A DNA stretch of 64,000 bases from a virus (taxonomy: Duplodnaviria; Caudoviricetes), in the IMG/VR virus record IMGVR_UViG_3300008107_006173; one strand, given 5' to 3'. The translations under genes were made by a program, and so were the position numbers. Shown piece by piece: positions 27,721 to 37,059 of this stretch. Within the stretch, counting starts at the first letter, position 1, and each line of letters starts with the position of its first letter. Under the pieces are notes generated by a model. That model saw only the letters and a program-made list of their open reading frames with translations. It was not told the origin of the DNA and did no database searches.

Positions 27721-28150
27721 GTGCTTTCGCTAGTTCTTTTAAATCTTCTCTAGTATTTAACATCAAGAACAGTTCTAAATCATCCCTTTTAAAGTTTGGA
27801 TATATACTGTAAACAAACTCGCTGAGTTTATCCTTCTTCTTTTTACTGTTAGGCGGTTTGATATAAGGATGGAATTCTACTTTACCAGAACCGGCTGCTG
27901 TCATTAGTAACCACTGTAGTTCTGGGTGCTTACTAACATCGCTAAAGTTTTTGTTAACAAGTTCATTGACCATAAACAAGTAATGAGCAGCATTGCGTCC
28001 TTGTGCGCTACTAGCATAGCGCATCATCATCCAAGGTACAAATGCTTTCTTCTGTTCATCGGTCAAGCGACTATAAAAGCCTCTGTCCTTTTTGTCCAGA
28101 GCTGCCATAATATCTTTTAGAGCAATAGCAGGTTCTTTTTTAGTTTTCAT
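27677..28150 (-). CDS. Probable clamp-loader small subunit (gp62-like)
   Basis: Size and F.PWMMMRY...VN..F...HP.LQW pattern; recalled resemblance only. Confidence 0.5.
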   Translation of the reverse strand: MKTKKEPAIALKDIMAALDKKDRGFYSRLTDEQKKAFVPWMMMRYASSAQGRNAAHYLFMVNELVNKNFSDVSKHPELQWLLMTAAGSGKVEFHPYIKPPNSKKKKDKLSEFVYSIYPNFKRDDLELFLMLNTREDLKELAKAHGYDDKTIADIFGK

Positions 28151-29250
28151 AGTTCAATATCTAAATCTACCTGTTCCCACGGCAAATGGTCTTTACCAAA
28201 GTGTCCGTAGTTTGTAGTATCTGTTAATTGTACACTAAACAGGCCGAACTTGTCAATGATTCCTTTTGGGGTAAGGTCAACATTTTTTAGAATCCAATCA
28301 GTTAGTGCGCGACTGTCGCCGTTGCTCTCAACATAAAAGCTCATTGGTGCTTTAACACCGATTGCATAGCTGACTTGGCATGTGGCCCAATCTGCATGTC
28401 CACTTGCCACAATGTTCTTAGCAAGGTAGCGCATCATATAAGCGGCGCTGCGATCTACTTTGGTAGGGTCCTTTCCACTAAAAGCACCACCGCCATGAGG
28501 ACTATAGCCGCCGTAAGTATCGACGATGATTTTTCGTCCTGTGAGGCCCGCATCACCATCAGGGCCGCCAATAACAAAACGGCCAGTAGGATTAATGTAA
28601 AACTCAGTGTCATTATCAATTAACTCCATTTCAGGCATAGATTGTATAAAGCTCTTTACGCTAGCACGAACATTATCGATACTAATCCAGTCTGCATGTT
28701 GCGTACTGCACACAATCTTTGCAATGCGTACAGGCTCTGCATCGTCATTGTATTGGATTGTTACCTGCGACTTTGCATCAGGTCCCAACCATTCTGTACC
28801 ATTCTTTCGATGGCGAGTAAGCATTTCAACAATACGATGACTTAGATGGATAGCCAAAGGCATATAGTTAGGTGTTTCACGACAAGCATAGCCAAACATA
28901 AGACCCTGGTCGCCTGCGCCAAAGTCATCTGTGCCTAGTGCAATATCTGCACTTTGTGGATGCAGCTCGTTATAGATTTTTAGATGCTGCCAGTGGAAGC
29001 CTTCTTGTTCGTAACCAATATCCTTAACTGTGTTACGCACAATGTCTGCAATCACACTCTTGTCAATTTCTTTGGTGCTCTTATACTCACCAGCTAGTGT
29101 TACCATGTTAGTGGTGACTAGTGTTTCTACTGCGGCACGGTGAGCTGGATTCTTATCCAGAATATATGTAGCAACAGCATCACTGATTAAATCAGCAACC
29201 TTGTCAGCATGTCCTTCACTTACGCTTTCACTTGTAAAAAGATACCCCAT
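28147..29250 (-). CDS. metK: S-adenosylmethionine synthetase
   Basis: FTSESVSEGHADK, GAGDQG, GGPDGDAGLTGRKIIVDTYGG, GGGAFSGKDPTKVDRS. Confidence 0.97.
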   Translation of the reverse strand: MGYLFTSESVSEGHADKVADLISDAVATYILDKNPAHRAAVETLVTTNMVTLAGEYKSTKEIDKSVIADIVRNTVKDIGYEQEGFHWQHLKIYNELHPQSADIALGTDDFGAGDQGLMFGYACRETPNYMPLAIHLSHRIVEMLTRHRKNGTEWLGPDAKSQVTIQYNDDAEPVRIAKIVCSTQHADWISIDNVRASVKSFIQSMPEMELIDNDTEFYINPTGRFVIGGPDGDAGLTGRKIIVDTYGGYSPHGGGAFSGKDPTKVDRSAAYMMRYLAKNIVASGHADWATCQVSYAIGVKAPMSFYVESNGDSRALTDWILKNVDLTPKGIIDKFGLFSVQLTDTTNYGHFGKDHLPWEQVDLDIEL

Positions 29251-29807
29251 TATTCATCCTTGTTATATGTAATGACGCTAAATGTTTTAACGCCCTGTTC
29301 TGTTAGTTTAACTGTGCCGCCTAGAAATATTAGATCAATAACTGAAGCATAACATACTTCGATCGGATGCACATTAAACTTCTTAAGCAACTCAACAATA
29401 GCTAATGCTGTTCCGCCTGTGGCGTTCACATCGTCAACAATTAATACATTGCTCACTTCACCAAGCGGAGCATTTTCTTTCATATGCAGACTCGTGTTAG
29501 CATACTCATACTCAAAGTCATATCCAATTGTGGGCGGTGGCAGCTTGCCTGGCTTGCGAACCAGGTGTAACGGGACACCCAAATTAAGTGCTACTGGGCC
29601 GCCCCAAATAAACCCCCTAGCATCGGCTGCTACTACATCAGTGATATAATTAGCCCTAGCAAACGCTGTAATAGCGTCTACAGTGGCTTTAAATGCAGCA
29701 GGCTTATACAGCAAGCTAGTAACATCTTTGTACTGTACACCCGCTACAGGAAAGTCTGGAATAGGGGTAATTTCATGCTTGAGGTTATAAGGATCTGTAT
29801 CTTGCAT
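29250..29807 (-). CDS. apt: Adenine phosphoribosyltransferase
   Basis: IPDFP..GV.YKD, ARGF, RKPGKLP, VLIVDDVNATGGT. Confidence 0.95.
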   Translation of the reverse strand: MQDTDPYNLKHEITPIPDFPVAGVQYKDVTSLLYKPAAFKATVDAITAFARANYITDVVAADARGFIWGGPVALNLGVPLHLVRKPGKLPPPTIGYDFEYEYANTSLHMKENAPLGEVSNVLIVDDVNATGGTALAIVELLKKFNVHPIEVCYASVIDLIFLGGTVKLTEQGVKTFSVITYNKDE

Positions 29808-30307
29808 TAGCCCACTAAGTCCCCAACTTGTAGATCACAAACCTTGTTAAGCTCTTTAACAAACAATGCACATAGCGGCTTACCCTTATTTTCCAATGGT
29901 ACTGCTAGTACATGCCCATTCTTTAACTTTGGAAAGTACCATTTAACATCTTGAAATATGTTTGTAATAGAAATATCGTAACTGGTTAAAGAGTTGCTTA
30001 CCATTGGATTTAATGCTAGACAACGAAATCCTCGATTATTTAAACTTGCTAAAGGAATAACTTCTACCGCAGTATAGTCCTCATCACAAATTACAATACT
30101 CCAATCCATGGGCATTTGCAAACTATGTTTGCCTATTTGTAGGCAGATAGCAGGAGCATGAAAGCTCTCTAGAAAGATCAAAGGAAGAAAGTAATAGTCG
30201 ATGTAGGTTGGATCGCTTGCATCAAGTACACAATATCGAACGTCTTCAATTTCATCTGGTACAGTATCTAAATCATAGGGTTTGTTATCAACTGTTAGTA
30301 TTTTCAT
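29807..30307 (-). CDS. Conserved hypothetical protein
   Basis: 166-aa ORF in a coupled operon. Confidence 0.7.
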   Translation of the reverse strand: MKILTVDNKPYDLDTVPDEIEDVRYCVLDASDPTYIDYYFLPLIFLESFHAPAICLQIGKHSLQMPMDWSIVICDEDYTAVEVIPLASLNNRGFRCLALNPMVSNSLTSYDISITNIFQDVKWYFPKLKNGHVLAVPLENKGKPLCALFVKELNKVCDLQVGDLVG

Positions 30308-30587
30308 ATTGCTTCCTAAATGTTTTGTTTAAAATGTTTGCCATGTCAGCAAACACGCTCTTACCTTGCCGTGAACTGTTTGTTACAATCTTGTTAGGAC
30401 CGCGGTCCCAATTATAAGCAAATGTTAGTTTTGGGATGTAGCTACACCATTCGCTGTGTACAATGAGTGGGCTGTTCATGAACTTCATGTTCATATCACA
30501 CCCACAACCAACACAACGTCCTTCTAGTTTTAGAAAGGCTTTATCAGTGTCAGTGAGATTTGTATATTCGTCCAGTGTCATTTTCAT
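30288..30587 (-). CDS. Hypothetical protein with CxxC and H..C residues
   Basis: RCVGCGC...HSEWC; ATGA overlap with upstream gene. Confidence 0.6.
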   Translation of the reverse strand: MKMTLDEYTNLTDTDKAFLKLEGRCVGCGCDMNMKFMNSPLIVHSEWCSYIPKLTFAYNWDRGPNKIVTNSSRQGKSVFADMANILNKTFRKQYENTNS

Positions 30588-32041
30588 TTGTATTCAACTT
30601 TAGTCATTTGGTTTCTAAAGTTTTGTTCTTTATAATATGTTTTACGATGTGTTAAGTGTCTCTTACTATACTTTAAATTGCTGGTAAGGTCAACTACTTG
30701 TACATAATCTTTATCTTCTGCTTTACGGATTCCGCGGCCGATACTTTGAATTACACGAACAAAGCTCTTGCCGGGCTCTATCATAACAAGATTGAAGATG
30801 CGAGGAATGTTAATACCCACAGCAGCAACACCGTAGGTAGCAACAATAACCTTGTTATTCATTTCACTAACTTCAGCGTATTCCTTTTGACGATCATTTG
30901 TTTTCATCTCGCCACTGATAAACACCCAATCTGAGTTACGCTCCATTAGCATTTCGCCTGTTTTGATACGATCAATTAGTACAAGTGTGTTACCGCCTGT
31001 GCTTAGTCCGTTGATTATTTGACTAATGTGATCTATACGAGTTGGATCTGTAAGCAACCATTTTAGTTCTTGAGCGTAACTATTAAAACCCAATTGGCCG
31101 TCCTGCAACTGAAGAATATTAATATCTAAATCAGCAAGCACACCCATATCTTGAAGTTCCTTGCTGCTTAAATTACCAACTACAGGACCAATAGCACAAA
31201 CACAACCAACTGCTTCGTATTCATCTTTGGGGATGGTACCAGTTAAACCCCAACGAATAGGTACATTACGGAACATGCCGCCTAACTGATCACGAAGCAC
31301 ATCAGCCTTTGCCTTGTGAACTTCGTCAACCATTACGCACACTACACCTTCTAAAAACTCGTCAATTGTGATATTAGCGGTGCCGGCTTTAGTTGCCTTT
31401 TCCAAAATGTCAAGACTCTGCCATGTGCAAATAGTGTGAGTCTTTCCAAAGTCTTTTCTGTCGCCAAAGTATACTCCAACATCAAGTCCTAAATTGATAT
31501 AGTCACGCTCTGTTTGAACAACAAGATCCTTGTTGGGCACAATTACAATTGTTCGACCATACGGCTCACAGCGATGACTTAGAACTGCTGTGATGATGGT
31601 CTTGCCTGCGCCGGTAGCAATCTGCTGTATGCATTGTGGGGTATCAAGAAAGCGATTAATTACTTCTACTTGATAGTCTCTAAGTATAATAGGTTCGCCC
31701 GCATTTGGATGATTCTTAGGCTATGGAATGTGCTCATAGTCCAATTGATCTACAGCACTGAATTCAAAGTTCCACTTGGTACGCATATCGTTGATTTCGA
31801 TATCGTAACCCTCTTCAACTACTAGAGGCAGTAGTTTATCCAAAAGATTAAAATAGGTACGGCCGCCAATATCGCAATATCTAATACAGCCGTCCCAGCG
31901 TCCTAATTTAAACGCAGGCATATGTCTAGCATAGGGCAAGAAATACTTTACTGCATCAGATATCTTGCGACGAGTTCGCGGGTCCAGTCCCGCAAACCTA
32001 ACATTAACTTCATCGCGAATTTCTAATGTAACCTTCTGCAT
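30584..32041 (-). pseudogene. uvsW: UvsW-like SF2 helicase interrupted by one in-frame TAG at 31721-31723
   Basis: The two track ORFs share one frame. The sequence reads EHIP*PKNHPNAGEPIILRDYQ...ATGAGKT...DEVH...GLTGT...QSIGRGIR. Confidence 0.85.
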
Positions 32042-32093
32042 ACTATACTAATTTATACTCAGTCAATGGATTTGTCAAGCCCTTAAAATAGAT

Positions 32094-32127
32094 AAAAACT
32101 ACCCCCCGAGTTGCCTCGGGGGGTAGT
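32094..32127 (-). terminator. Rho-independent terminator
   Basis: 13-bp stem actaccccccgag/ctcggggggtagt, GCAA loop, U tract. Confidence 0.9.
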
Positions 32128-32153
32128 GCCTTTACGCTGTGGGAGAATAACGC

Positions 32154-33209
32154 TTAGGCAAACCGCTTCATACAGGTGCTCTCTGCAAGATCCTTCCAGT
32201 TCTCAGGAGCCATCTTCTTAAGGTCTGCAACCTTAAGCACCATACGCAAACTAATCTCTCGGAGTAGACTTGCCTTCTCAACCATAAAGTCTACAACCTC
32301 CTGCTCGCCCTCACCACCAAAATCGTACTCAGCAAGCATGCCGTCGTTAACGATCTGGTTAATTCGCAGGAAGCGATCGCTTACACTATCCATACCCAAG
32401 TCAATGTAGTGGCAGCGTGACATTAGGGCCTGCAAGTGATCCTGAATCTTCTTGCTACGAACATTCTCAAAGTTGACGTTCGTGATAAAGATACAACCAC
32501 CCTTAAAGTCGAATCGATCCGGAATGCCCTCGCGACGCAGAGCGTTGGATTCTGCCTTCCAAGTAATGGTGCGCTTCTTGCCCGAGTCCAGTACAGCCTT
32601 GAGCATGTTCAAGCAAACTTCGTCAAACAAGATGCTGTCACAGTCGTCAAACACAAGGATGTCGCCTTCTCGACTGTTGTTAAACAGCGTCTGGAACAAA
32701 CCAATTGGGCTCATTGCGCCCTTAACAACTTCAGTGCGAGCATCCTTACCGCCAGCGAGCTTGTGCATCGCTTCGTACTCATCGAGGATTCGCTCAACAC
32801 CAAAGCTCTTACCAACACCAGGAGGGCCGCTAACAATTAGACCACGCACAACACCGTTAGCAACAGCGTCAGTCATTTGGTCTAGAATCGCAAAACGCTT
32901 GCGGATACGATCCATTGCCTCTTCAGGCGTCTCTGCTGGTGCAGCAGGTTTAGTCTTAGTAACCAGTGCAGCAACAGGTGCCGCAGAAGCAACACTCACA
33001 GGAGTGTCAGTGCCGACGTACTCTACGTCTTCAATATTTTCAATCAACACGCGGATTGCTGCCTTATCAGTGCCGAGGATGTTTGAAGCATCAACGGTAA
33101 CAAACATGCCCTTCTTGCCTACCTTCATAGGCTTAACGAGCGGAAAAACAGTATCGTAAATTGGAGCATTACGATAGCTGCCCTGCTTAATTTTAATCAA
33201 CTTCTGCAT
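32154..33209 (-). CDS. AAA+ ATPase with small N-terminal domain
   Basis: GPPGVGKS and LVFDDCD; own promoter and terminator; visibly more GC-rich codons. Confidence 0.85.
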   Translation of the reverse strand: MQKLIKIKQGSYRNAPIYDTVFPLVKPMKVGKKGMFVTVDASNILGTDKAAIRVLIENIEDVEYVGTDTPVSVASAAPVAALVTKTKPAAPAETPEEAMDRIRKRFAILDQMTDAVANGVVRGLIVSGPPGVGKSFGVERILDEYEAMHKLAGGKDARTEVVKGAMSPIGLFQTLFNNSREGDILVFDDCDSILFDEVCLNMLKAVLDSGKKRTITWKAESNALRREGIPDRFDFKGGCIFITNVNFENVRSKKIQDHLQALMSRCHYIDLGMDSVSDRFLRINQIVNDGMLAEYDFGGEGEQEVVDFMVEKASLLREISLRMVLKVADLKKMAPENWKDLAESTCMKRFA

Positions 33210-33243
33210 TTAATGTCTCCCACAACATTTAACTTACATATTA

Positions 33244-33271
33244 ATAATAGCATCTTTTAGGATGCTGTCAA
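33244..33271 (-). promoter_or_regulatory. Sigma70-type early promoter
   Basis: GGTTGACA-GCATCCTAAAAGATGC-TATTAT. Confidence 0.75.
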
Positions 33272-33276
33272 CCAGT

Positions 33277-33435
33277 TTAGGCAAGAATTTTCAACATAAC
33301 AATAAGGGCAATAATTGCGCCCCAATAGCCCAGGAATGCATCGAATCCTTTAAATCCTGTAAGCCCTGCGAGAATGTCAAGCAAGTTGCTCAACACTACC
33401 CAAGCCCCACCAAGAATTAATACTGCTGCAAACAT
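33277..33435 (-). CDS. 52-aa two-helix membrane protein (not in ORF track)
   Basis: MFAAVLILGGAWVVLSNLLDILAGLTGFKGFDAFLGYWGAIIALIVMLKILA; RBS TAAGGA and own promoter. Confidence 0.75.
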   Translation of the reverse strand: MFAAVLILGGAWVVLSNLLDILAGLTGFKGFDAFLGYWGAIIALIVMLKILA

Positions 33436-33460
33436 CGTTTATTCCTTACCCTACATTTAT

Positions 33461-33488
33461 ATAATAACATCTTTAGGGAGAGTGTCAA
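33461..33488 (-). promoter_or_regulatory. Sigma70-type early promoter
   Basis: GGTTGACA-CTCTCCCTAAAGATGT-TATTAT. Confidence 0.75.
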
Positions 33489-33504
33489 CCATTTTTTAGG
33501 TAAT

Positions 33505-33539
33505 AAAAAAAGCCTGCTAAATCAATAACTTAGCAGGCC
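33505..33539 (-). terminator. Terminator whose loop overlaps an IHF-consensus site
   Basis: Stem gcctgctaa/ttagcaggc followed by a U tract. Confidence 0.75.
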
Positions 33540-33558
33540 TAATAAAATCAATGACTTA
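33520..33558. promoter_or_regulatory. Two tandem IHF-consensus sites
   Basis: AATCAATAACTTA (33520-33532) and AATCAATGACTTA (33546-33558) both match WATCAANNNNTTR. Confidence 0.55.
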
Positions 33559-33694
33559 CGTCATCTTGTCCGTAATTGTCATTTTTAGCTTCTTTTTTGC
33601 GGTCTTTGAATACCTTAGCTCTGTTAAAATTATGTGCGTTTTTAGCCACAGGATTGCGTTTAGCAACTGTTGGTTTTTTAGGTTTTTTAGCCAT
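33548..33694 (-). CDS. 48-aa basic protein (not in ORF track)
   Basis: MAKKPKKPTVAKRNPVAKNAHNFNRAKVFKDRKKEAKNDNYGQDDVSH; RBS GAGG, promoter upstream, terminator downstream. Confidence 0.75.
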   Translation of the reverse strand: MAKKPKKPTVAKRNPVAKNAHNFNRAKVFKDRKKEAKNDNYGQDDVSH

Positions 33695-33719
33695 AACACA
33701 ATTCCTCAAAAGTATACTA

Positions 33720-33748
33720 ATACTAGCACCTTTTTAGAAAAGTGTCAA
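33720..33748 (-). promoter_or_regulatory. Sigma70-type promoter
   Basis: TTGACA-17 nt ending GGTGC-TAGTAT. Confidence 0.65.
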
Positions 33749-33749
33749 C

Positions 33750-34070
33750 TCAGTATTCAGTACAACGATACTCTGTTCTACGCTCTAAAATATCGCCCCA
33801 ACGGTTTTGCACAATAATTGTAAGTTCTTCGCAATGCTTTTGTGGTTCCTTAACTACAATAATTTTGCGATTATTTTCTCGTTCTTTAGCCTTAGCATCT
33901 GAAATAATAGCACCAAGTACAATACCACCAATTAATGGTGCAACCCATTTGCCGCTACCTTTGTGATTGTGGTGATTGTGTGATCTATAATAATCATGAT
34001 GTTTAGGATCTGCTAGTGCGGGTGTTGCTACTGCAAATGAAAGAACTGCTGCTAAAATATATTTGTACAT
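33750..34070 (-). CDS. Exported His-rich small protein
   Basis: Signal peptide ending ALA-D, His-rich stretch, GGIVLGAII glycine zipper. Confidence 0.75.
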   Translation of the reverse strand: MYKYILAAVLSFAVATPALADPKHHDYYRSHNHHNHKGSGKWVAPLIGGIVLGAIISDAKAKERENNRKIIVVKEPQKHCEELTIIVQNRWGDILERRTEYRCTEY

Positions 34071-34128
34071 AGTAATCTCCTACTATTTTATTTAGTGTTT
34101 TTGTATAGATTACAACCTTAACTAAACA

Positions 34129-34590
34129 TTAACTAATTACAATATCTTCCATGCCTGCGGTACGCAATCTTGTGATGTGACCAATCTGCCACTGTTTAGT
34201 ATCTAGGCCTTTCATAATACCCAAAAACTTATTACGCATCAGACTGAATTGGTTGGTCAGGTGAGTGAGAGTAATTACACTCTCCTCACCGTCCACAAAC
34301 TTTTCAGCATCTCTGCTGCTTAATTGACGATTATAACTTTCTAAATATTTTCTAAATACCTTACTGCGCTCTTTGCGTAATTCAATATTTAGATGTTCTA
34401 GAATTGCTTCAATTTCTTGAAGTTGGTTAAATCGCTTTTCAGTAATGCCCGGGAGGGCAGCACTGGCTTTTTCCAGACTGCCCTTGATCCCGCACTCGTA
34501 CCTGGCTTCGTCAAGCTCATTTTCAAAGTACTCAATGCAATCAACGATAACACTAAGATCTTCTACTATCTTGTTATACCAGGTACTCAT
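34129..34590 (-). CDS. uvsY: Recombination mediator UvsY-like
   Basis: Helical, size and position downstream of uvsX; ends KQWQIGHITRLRTAGMED. Confidence 0.65.
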   Translation of the reverse strand: MSTWYNKIVEDLSVIVDCIEYFENELDEARYECGIKGSLEKASAALPGITEKRFNQLQEIEAILEHLNIELRKERSKVFRKYLESYNRQLSSRDAEKFVDGEESVITLTHLTNQFSLMRNKFLGIMKGLDTKQWQIGHITRLRTAGMEDIVIS

Positions 34591-34593
34591 GCG

Positions 34594-34830
34594 TTAACAT
34601 TCCCAGTCATCTTCATCGCCATCTTCTTCTAATAGAAGATCAAAATGGCTTACTACTGCTGTCTTTAACACGCTGTCATATTCATTAACAAATGATTCAA
34701 CATCACTGATGTCTACATTATCGTCAAATAGTCTAACAAGTGTTTCAGCAGCCTGTAGTCTTTCTTTTCTTGGGATAAAGGATTTAACCGAATCCCAAAC
34801 TTCTCCTAGAAGTACTACTTCAGGACTCAT
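34594..34830 (-). CDS. Hypothetical protein
   Basis: ATG at 34830 overlapping the uvsX 3' end (MSPEVVLLGEVW...). Confidence 0.65.
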   Translation of the reverse strand: MSPEVVLLGEVWDSVKSFIPRKERLQAAETLVRLFDDNVDISDVESFVNEYDSVLKTAVVSHFDLLLEEDGDEDDWEC

Positions 34831-35926
34831 CTGCATATTCCTCCGTAGTTGGCTCAAAATCAGCGGGATCAGCGTCTGCTACAGTTGTAGTATTAGCGAC
34901 TGGATTTTGACCCCACTCGTCAATAATTACCTGCAACTTATTGTTGGTCCAACCTTTTCTGAACTCCTTGATGATTTCACCAGTAACAGGTGAAGTATAC
35001 GCAAGTCGATTGCCTTCCTTAACAAGAATACCTTTTGCTTCAAACATGTCCAATAGGCCACTATAAGGATTCATACCTGAGTCATAAGGAATCTTAATTT
35101 GAACGCTTTCAAACGGCTTGCTATAGCGAGTTTTCATTACCTTACAGGCACTACGAATACCACGCACTTCGCTAATCTTATTACCGTCATCATCTTCCTT
35201 GAGCTTGAGCTTACGCATAGCAACTACAATTGAACTAGCGTAAATAAAGCCCTGTCCACCACTGATCTTGTCATCTGGATCAAACATATCCTGACTTGCA
35301 TAAGTGTGGTTTGTTGCAACTAGTCCAATTGGATAAGGTGCAATCATGTTTACAGTATTACGAACCAAGGCTGTAAGAGCCTTTGGCTTTCTACCCATAT
35401 CACCCTTCATGTCACCCTTCTGGAACTGATCAACATCAGTTGGAGTAAGCAACATGCCGAGACTGTCAATTACGAACAGTAATTTGGGCATTTCTTCATA
35501 CTTCAGTGAGCCATAATTAACTTTGTAGTCTTTCATAAAGTCTGAGATGGCTTTGGCCACATCGTCAATCATGCTAACTGAAATACGCAACAGCTTTTCG
35601 GAACTAGTATCAACGTCTAGTGCCTTGAGCCATTCTTCATCAAGTGCGTTCTCGGAGTCAAAAAGAACAACCTGACAGCCCATCTTTTGAGCGTTCTTCA
35701 CAATATTGCCGGAGCAAATAAAGCTCTTACCGGAGCCTGATTCACCTGCAAACACACATACCTTACCTAGCGGAATACCCTTGTTAAAGTCTCCGCTGAT
35801 AAGATAGTTTAGAGTATGGTTACCTGTGCTGATCCAATCAACTGGATCATGGAAACCAGCACTGATACCCGTAATGTTTTTAGTTAGACCAGTACGAAAC
35901 TTGGTCAGATCAAAAGGTTTCTGCAT
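34820..35926 (-). CDS. uvsX: RecA-like recombinase
   Basis: GESGSGKS, FDSENA, IDSLGML, ATNHTY, ISGGQGFIYASS. Confidence 0.95.
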   Translation of the reverse strand: MQKPFDLTKFRTGLTKNITGISAGFHDPVDWISTGNHTLNYLISGDFNKGIPLGKVCVFAGESGSGKSFICSGNIVKNAQKMGCQVVLFDSENALDEEWLKALDVDTSSEKLLRISVSMIDDVAKAISDFMKDYKVNYGSLKYEEMPKLLFVIDSLGMLLTPTDVDQFQKGDMKGDMGRKPKALTALVRNTVNMIAPYPIGLVATNHTYASQDMFDPDDKISGGQGFIYASSIVVAMRKLKLKEDDDGNKISEVRGIRSACKVMKTRYSKPFESVQIKIPYDSGMNPYSGLLDMFEAKGILVKEGNRLAYTSPVTGEIIKEFRKGWTNNKLQVIIDEWGQNPVANTTTVADADPADFEPTTEEYADES

Positions 35927-35939
35927 ATACTACTCCTAA

Positions 35940-36956
35940 TTAGGCTTGCTTGCGGTTACGAATCATTGCAAGAATGTCATCAGCTGACTTCTTTGCACCA
36001 TCGCTTGCTGCTGGAGCAGGAGTTGGTTGTGCTTCTACCTTTGGTGCTGGAGTAGTGTCGAAAGGTGCTTCGTCATCTTCTTCAACTGCTGGCTTTGCTG
36101 CTGGAGCAGGCTTTGCTGCTGGAGCACTAGCCTTCTGAAGTGCTGGGCTTGCTGCACTAGCAGGTACTTCAACACCATATGGCTTATAGTAGTTACCCCA
36201 ACGAGCAGCATCATATAGTTCACCATTAACACTTGCTTCAAACATTTCAGCAATAGCCTTATAATGTTCAGCGGTTGGGCGAGCTGGGAGGAAGTCCTTT
36301 AGATCGTACAGACCATGCTCATCAATAGCAGCAAGTTCTGTTTCATCTAAACTACGCTCCTTACGAGCCCACTTACTGGTGCTGTAGTCTGCATACTGAC
36401 CCTTTGTTGTCTTTGACAAGCGGAAGTCTGTACCATTTACATAGTCAGTTGGGATATTTTCCATATCTGGGTCCATAAGCGCACCCTTAATGATATTGAA
36501 AATCTGAGGACCAATTACAAATCGACGAATTGGATTTTCTGGCTTTTCTTCATTTAGCGGATTTTCTGTTACAAAGCCCTGGAAGATATATGACTTCTTC
36601 TTCCAATACTTACGACCCATTTCCTCAAGGCTCGGATCCTTAAACCAAGGACGAACTTCAGTTAGAATTGGGCAGTTGTCGCTGTACATTTCACCGCACG
36701 GTACCTGTACAGTTACAGGCTTATTTTCTCCGCCTACAACACCAGGGAAGGTCAAGCGAATCATTTGTCGCTCTACCCAAAAGAATGTGTTGTTGGGGTC
36801 ACCGTCTGGTAGGAAACGAAGCGTTGCGCTTTGTCCTTCTTCAATATTCCAAAACGGGTAAATTGCGTTGTCGCCTGCGGTCTTGTTTGAATCTTTAGAA
36901 CCGGGCTTATTTTCCATTTGTGCGAGCTTCGCACGGATATCAGCTAATGAGGCCAT
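35940..36956 (-). CDS. gp32: Single-stranded DNA-binding protein (gp32-like)
   Basis: LRFLPDGD...FFW, CPIL, KYWKKKSYI, YADYSTSKW; acidic/Ala-Pro tail. Confidence 0.85.
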   Translation of the reverse strand: MASLADIRAKLAQMENKPGSKDSNKTAGDNAIYPFWNIEEGQSATLRFLPDGDPNNTFFWVERQMIRLTFPGVVGGENKPVTVQVPCGEMYSDNCPILTEVRPWFKDPSLEEMGRKYWKKKSYIFQGFVTENPLNEEKPENPIRRFVIGPQIFNIIKGALMDPDMENIPTDYVNGTDFRLSKTTKGQYADYSTSKWARKERSLDETELAAIDEHGLYDLKDFLPARPTAEHYKAIAEMFEASVNGELYDAARWGNYYKPYGVEVPASAASPALQKASAPAAKPAPAAKPAVEEDDEAPFDTTPAPKVEAQPTPAPAASDGAKKSADDILAMIRNRKQA

Positions 36957-37022
36957 AATGTTTTCTCCTTAAGTTGCCTTGTTGCCTTGTTTGTAACATA
37001 CCTAAATATGCTACTGTAGTTT

Positions 37023-37059
37023 ATTATATTGCCATGTTGTAGGAAAGTCAATGACTTTC
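37023..37059 (-). promoter_or_regulatory. ssb promoter with a palindrome over the -35
   Basis: TTGACT-17-TATAAT; GAAAGTCA-A-TGACTTTC at 37043-37059; late-type CATAAATA at 37068-37075. Confidence 0.7.

Noticed and set aside
28147-29250. MetK N-terminus MGYLFTSE as another packaging leader
   Set aside because: FTSES is the normal conserved MetK start and the gene is in a replication operon.
29807-30307. Possible Hint/intein-like fold downstream of uvsW
   Set aside because: No N-terminal Cys/Ser or C-terminal His-Asn splice residues; cannot be supported without a profile search.
32042-32078. Promoter for uvsW
   Set aside because: TTGACA and TTGACT are both present, but spacings to candidate -10 boxes (15 or 13 nt) are non-canonical, so it was not called.
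32452-33159. 235-aa plus-strand ORF (and 32176, 32436) opposite the AAA ATPase
   Set aside because: Shadow frames produced by codon bias of a strongly expressed minus-strand gene; no RBS or motif.
33551-33817. 88-aa plus-strand ORF in the track
   Set aside because: The minus strand here has a better gene (33548-33694) with RBS, promoter and terminator.
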